17,880 nucleotides of DNA, from the NCBI GenBank assembly GCA_041309305.1, contig JBFYZW010000069.1, positions 1 to 17,880 on the forward strand, given 5' to 3'. How positions within the stretch are numbered: the stretch's first letter is position 1; every line of letters starts with the position of its first letter. This document shows, one piece after another, positions 14,990-17,880 of the stretch. Source of the DNA: Deltaproteobacteria bacterium. GTDB taxonomy: Bacteria > Myxococcota > XYA12-FULL-58-9. The translations under genes and the position numbers were made by a program. The notes beneath the pieces are model-generated. The model was not told the DNA's origin, searched no databases, and saw nothing but the letters and a program-made list of their open reading frames with translations.

Positions 14990-17880
14990 CGCCGCCGCCG
15001 ACCGGCGAGCAGTGCGACGACGGCCAGCAGCGGCGCGCCGCCGGTGCGACAGCCGCAGCCGCCGACCAGCGCGGTGGGGTCGGCCCCCGGCGGCGGCGGC
15101 AACGCCTCGACGTCGGCGGTGACCAGGCGCGAGCGGGCGAGCACGGTGCCGGCGGCGTCGAGCGCGACGACGCCGTAGCGGTGCGCGCCGAGGCTCGGCG
15201 GGATGTCGACGACGCTGCGCTCCGCGCCGCGCGAAACGAAGCGGCCGTCGCGCCACAGCGCGTAGGCCGACGGGGCGGGCACGTCGAGCGGGGCGGCCCA
15301 GGTGAGCTGCACGCCGCCGCCGGCAGCCGCCGCGGCCTGCAGCGCGAAGCGGCGCGGGTAGTAGGCGGTGTTGCGCGCGTCGTGGCGGGCGCGGCTCCAC
15401 TCGCTGGTCAATGGGTCGTAGGTGCCAGCGAGGTCCCAGCCGTAGACCTGCCAGCGCAGGTCCGACCCGCCGACGAACAGGTCGACGTCGCCGTCGCCGT
15501 CCAGGTCGGTGAGCGCCGCTGAGGAGCCCGAGCCGCCGTCCAGGTGGCGCGGGAAGTCCGCGAGCGGTGTGCCGTCGGCCGCCCAGGCGTAGACCAGCCC
15601 GTCGGTGCAGCTGGTAACCAGGTCGACGCCGCCGTCGCCGTCGAGGTCGCCGGCGGCGACGGCGGCCCAGATCTCGCCGCCGGTGCTCTGCGGCCAGCCG
15701 GCGAGCGGCGCGCCGTTGGAGCGCCAGACGCGCACCTCGCCGTTCTTCAAGCCGAGGATCACCTCGGGCCGCTCGTCATTGTCGAGGTCGGCGAGGCTCA
15801 CGCGGTTGTACTGCGAGTCGGGGAGCGGCTGTGGCCAACCGGGCAGCACCGTGCCGTCGAAGCGGACCAGCTCGACCGCGGTGCGTTGCACCGAGACCAG
15901 CTCGACCTGGCCGTCGCCGTCCAGGTCACCGGCGGCGCCGTCGCCGAAGCCGCCGCTCACCGGGCGCGGCCAGCCGGGGGCGAGCGTGCCGTCGGCGAAG
16001 AAGAGGTACTCCTGCGTGCTCGTGCCGACGAAGATCTCCTCGACGCGATCGCCGTCCAGGTCGGCGACCACCGGCGAGGCGCGGGCGCCGCTGCTCAGCG
16101 TCTGCGGCCAGCCGTCGATCGCCTGGCCGTCCTGGTCGAGGAGGTGGAGCGTCGCCTCGGTGGCGTCGTCGTCGGCGGCGACGATCGCCCAGCCGCCGCC
16201 GGGAGCGAGCGGTGCGACCACCGCGGCGCCGGAGGTGCGGCCGAGCGCGGCCGCCCAGCGGCGGGTCTCCCAGTCGTCGTGCTCCCACAGATAGACCGCG
16301 CCGCCGCCGCCGTCGTCGTGCGCGGTGACGACGATCTCGACGTCGCCGTTGCCGTCGAGATCGGCGAGCGCCGGCATGTGCGGCAGGCGCTCGTTCATCC
16401 ACAACGGCGCGAACCAGACCGGCGCGCCGGCGGCCGTCCAGGCGTGCAGGAAGTGCTCGGTGTCGGCGACCAGGAGCTCGAGGCGCCCATCGCCGTCCAG
16501 GTCGCCGAAGGTCGGTGAGCTGTGCACCGCGCCGAAGGCGCCGGTCGGGAAGCCGGGGTAGAACGGCGGGCCGTGGTAGACGCGCACCGTGCTCTCGACG
16601 TTCTCGGCGCCGCGGGTCGCGGCCAGGCGCAGCTCGACCGGCCCGAAGGGCACGCCAGCGAGCGTGAGCGTGCCGAGCGCGCCGTCGATCACCGCCGCGC
16701 CGCTGGCGAAGTCGGTCCAGCCGCCACCGGCCGGGCGGTAGGCGAGCGTGTAGCCGTCGCCGTTGGCCAGGCCGACCACCGTGACCGTGGGCTGGCCGAC
16801 GACGCTGCCGTCCTCGGGCAGGCGCACGCTGGCGTGCAGCGGCGCGGCAGCGCCGGTCAGCGCCCGGCCGAGGTTGACGCGGGTGTAGCCAACGAAGCGA
16901 TCGGTGGCCAGCCGATCGCCGGAGACGAGGATCGCGGCGCGCAGCTCGGCGGCGGTCCAGGTCGGGTGGACGGCGCGCAGCAGCCCGGCCAGGCCGGTGA
17001 CATACGGCGCGGCGAACGAGGTGCCGCTGACCTGCACGATCTGGTCACCGTTGTTCGCGGTGACCAGACCCTCGCCCGGGGCGGCGACGTCGAGCCAGGC
17101 GCCGGCGTTGGAGAAGCCAGAGCGCTGGTCGCTGTCGTTGACCGAGCCGACGCCGAGCACCGTACCGTTGGCCGCCGGGAAGGACGGGGTCATCACCCCG
17201 TCGTTGCCGGCCGAGGCGACGACGACGACCTCGGCCGTCTCGGCGCGGGCCAGCGCCTCGCCGACCAGGCTGTCGTCGCCGAAGACCTGCGGCAGGTAGA
17301 TGCCGAAGCTCAGGTTGAGGACGTGGGCGCCGTTGTCGACCGCGTAGTCGATCGCCTCGGCGACCTGGACGCTGGAGTAGACCAGGCGCAGCGGCATCAA
17401 CGCCGCGCTCCACATCACCCCGGCGCCGCCGGCGCCGTTGTTGGCCGCCGCAGCGATCACGCCGGCGACGCGGGTCTCGTGATCGCCGCCGCTCGGATCG
17501 GCGTCGTCGTTCTGGAAGTCCCAGCCGCCGAGGTCATCGACGTAGCCGTTGCCGTCGTCGTCGACGCCGTTGCCGGCGGTCTCGCCGGCGTTGTGCCACA
17601 GGTTCGGGGCGAGCTCGGGGTGGTCGAGTTGGATGCCGGAGCCGAGCACGGCGATGACGACCGCGTCGCTGCCGGTCGAGACGTCCCAGGCGAGCTCGGC
17701 GCCGGTGAGCTGGTGCGCGGTCTGGTCGGCGTAGAACGGATCGCTCGGCGCCGCGCTGGCGGTGTAGGCGAAGTTGGGTTGAGCGGCGCGCACCCCGGGC
17801 AATGTGGCGGCGCGGCGGGCGGCGGCGAAAGGCGACAGCGGTCCGCGGTAGCGCAGCAGGCGCCAGCGGGAGATCGGAAG
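14953..17880 (-). CDS. Subtilisin-like (S8) domain with substituted catalytic Asp and His, fused to a 7-blade FG-GAP beta-propeller and a MYXO-CTERM-like sorting tail (5' partial at window edge)
   Basis: The frame stays open to the window end (upstream ...LLRYRGPLSPFAAARRAATL...). The first in-frame start codon in the window is TTG at 17802, so the N-terminus probably lies beyond the window. S8 motifs: AVVIAVLGSGIQLDHPEL, where Gly sits at the Asp32 position and the DNA reads GGC; GNGVDDDGNGYVDDLGGWDF, the Ca-site; GGDHETRVAG, where Arg sits at the His64 position and the codon is CGC; ASAGNDG, Asn retained; GTSFAAPYVTG, Ser retained. Seven DLDGDG-type FG-GAP repeats fall at about 15480-16510. 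The tail GGCGCRTGGAPLLAVVALLAGRRRR has a Gly/Cys motif, a hydrophobic helix and an Arg cluster. Confidence 0.85.
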   Translation of the reverse strand, partial: LPISRWRLLRYRGPLSPFAAARRAATLPGVRAAQPNFAYTASAAPSDPFYADQTAHQLTGAELAWDVSTGSDAVVIAVLGSGIQLDHPELAPNLWHNAGETAGNGVDDDGNGYVDDLGGWDFQNDDADPSGGDHETRVAGVIAAAANNGAGGAGVMWSAALMPLRLVYSSVQVAEAIDYAVDNGAHVLNLSFGIYLPQVFGDDSLVGEALARAETAEVVVVASAGNDGVMTPSFPAANGTVLGVGSVNDSDQRSGFSNAGAWLDVAAPGEGLVTANNGDQIVQVSGTSFAAPYVTGLAGLLRAVHPTWTAAELRAAILVSGDRLATDRFVGYTRVNLGRALTGAAAPLHASVRLPEDGSVVGQPTVTVVGLANGDGYTLAYRPAGGGWTDFASGAAVIDGALGTLTLAGVPFGPVELRLAATRGAENVESTVRVYHGPPFYPGFPTGAFGAVHSSPTFGDLDGDGRLELLVADTEHFLHAWTAAGAPVWFAPLWMNERLPHMPALADLDGNGDVEIVVTAHDDGGGGAVYLWEHDDWETRRWAAALGRTSGAAVVAPLAPGGGWAIVAADDDATEATLHLLDQDGQAIDGWPQTLSSGARASPVVADLDGDRVEEIFVGTSTQEYLFFADGTLAPGWPRPVSGGFGDGAAGDLDGDGQVELVSVQRTAVELVRFDGTVLPGWPQPLPDSQYNRVSLADLDNDERPEVILGLKNGEVRVWRSNGAPLAGWPQSTGGEIWAAVAAGDLDGDGGVDLVTSCTDGLVYAWAADGTPLADFPRHLDGGSGSSAALTDLDGDGDVDLFVGGSDLRWQVYGWDLAGTYDPLTSEWSRARHDARNTAYYPRRFALQAAAAAGGGVQLTWAAPLDVPAPSAYALWRDGRFVSRGAERSVVDIPPSLGAHRYGVVALDAAGTVLARSRLVTADVEALPPPPGADPTALVGGCGCRTGGAPLLAVVALLAGRRRRQNEQRQLVQLP

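Noticed and set aside
12599-15400. 933-aa minus-strand ORF
   Set aside because: Extremely Arg/Ala/Pro/Gly-rich. It overlaps three better-supported genes (the Ntn-hydrolase lipoprotein, the Cys-rich lipoprotein and the subtilase C-terminus), so it is a shadow ORF.
15544-16518. Plus-strand ORFs (15544..16518, 15605..16294, 15831..16328) and minus ORF 15926..16402
   Set aside because: Arg/Ala-rich low-complexity frames opposite or out of frame with the FG-GAP repeat region, which reads as a real domain only in the 14953..17880 minus frame.
1-17880. CRISPR arrays, tRNA/rRNA genes, insertion sequences, integrases
   Set aside because: There are no short spaced direct repeats, no cloverleaf-like or rRNA-like conserved stretches, and no transposase or integrase-like translations in any frame.

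Overview
This 17.9 kb window is very GC-rich (about 70% GC) and reads as chromosomal DNA, with many lipoproteins, FG-GAP repeats and a MYXO-CTERM-like sorting tail that point to a myxobacterial-type (Myxococcota) genome. I support about 19 protein-coding genes on both strands. Many additional long ORFs in the six-frame track are Arg/Ala/Gly-rich antisense artefacts typical of high-GC DNA. I find no rRNA, tRNA, CRISPR or mobile elements.

Confidently recognised housekeeping genes:
- class II fructose-bisphosphate aldolase (fba)
- phosphoglucomutase (pgm)
- a CspA-family cold-shock protein
- a flotillin (SPFH) preceded by its NfeD/YuaF-like partner

Accessory content, in window order:
- a DUF4349-like lipoprotein with a C-terminal OMP-like extension
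- a UPF0104 (MprF-TM/flippase-like) membrane protein divergent from a lipoprotein and a translationally coupled YdcF/DUF218 gene
- a PilZ single-domain protein
- an NfeD whose loop contains tandem 7-aa His/Asp/Gly repeats
- an AT-rich island with an inverted repeat in front of a ribbon-helix-helix (RHH) protein gene coupled to pgm
- an ArsP-type (PF03773) permease with a CSC motif fused to a heavy-metal-associated domain, followed by a small secreted glycine-zipper protein
- an Ntn-hydrolase (C45-like) lipoprotein
- a Cys-rich lipoprotein with an IPT-like domain
- a 5'-truncated, roughly 950 aa surface protein joining a subtilisin-like S8 domain to a 7-blade FG-GAP propeller and a MYXO-CTERM-like tail

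That last protein is the most striking feature of the window. Its S8 domain has the catalytic Asp and His replaced (Gly and Arg) while the Ser and oxyanion Asn are kept. It is therefore a candidate pseudo-protease surface adhesin/receptor.
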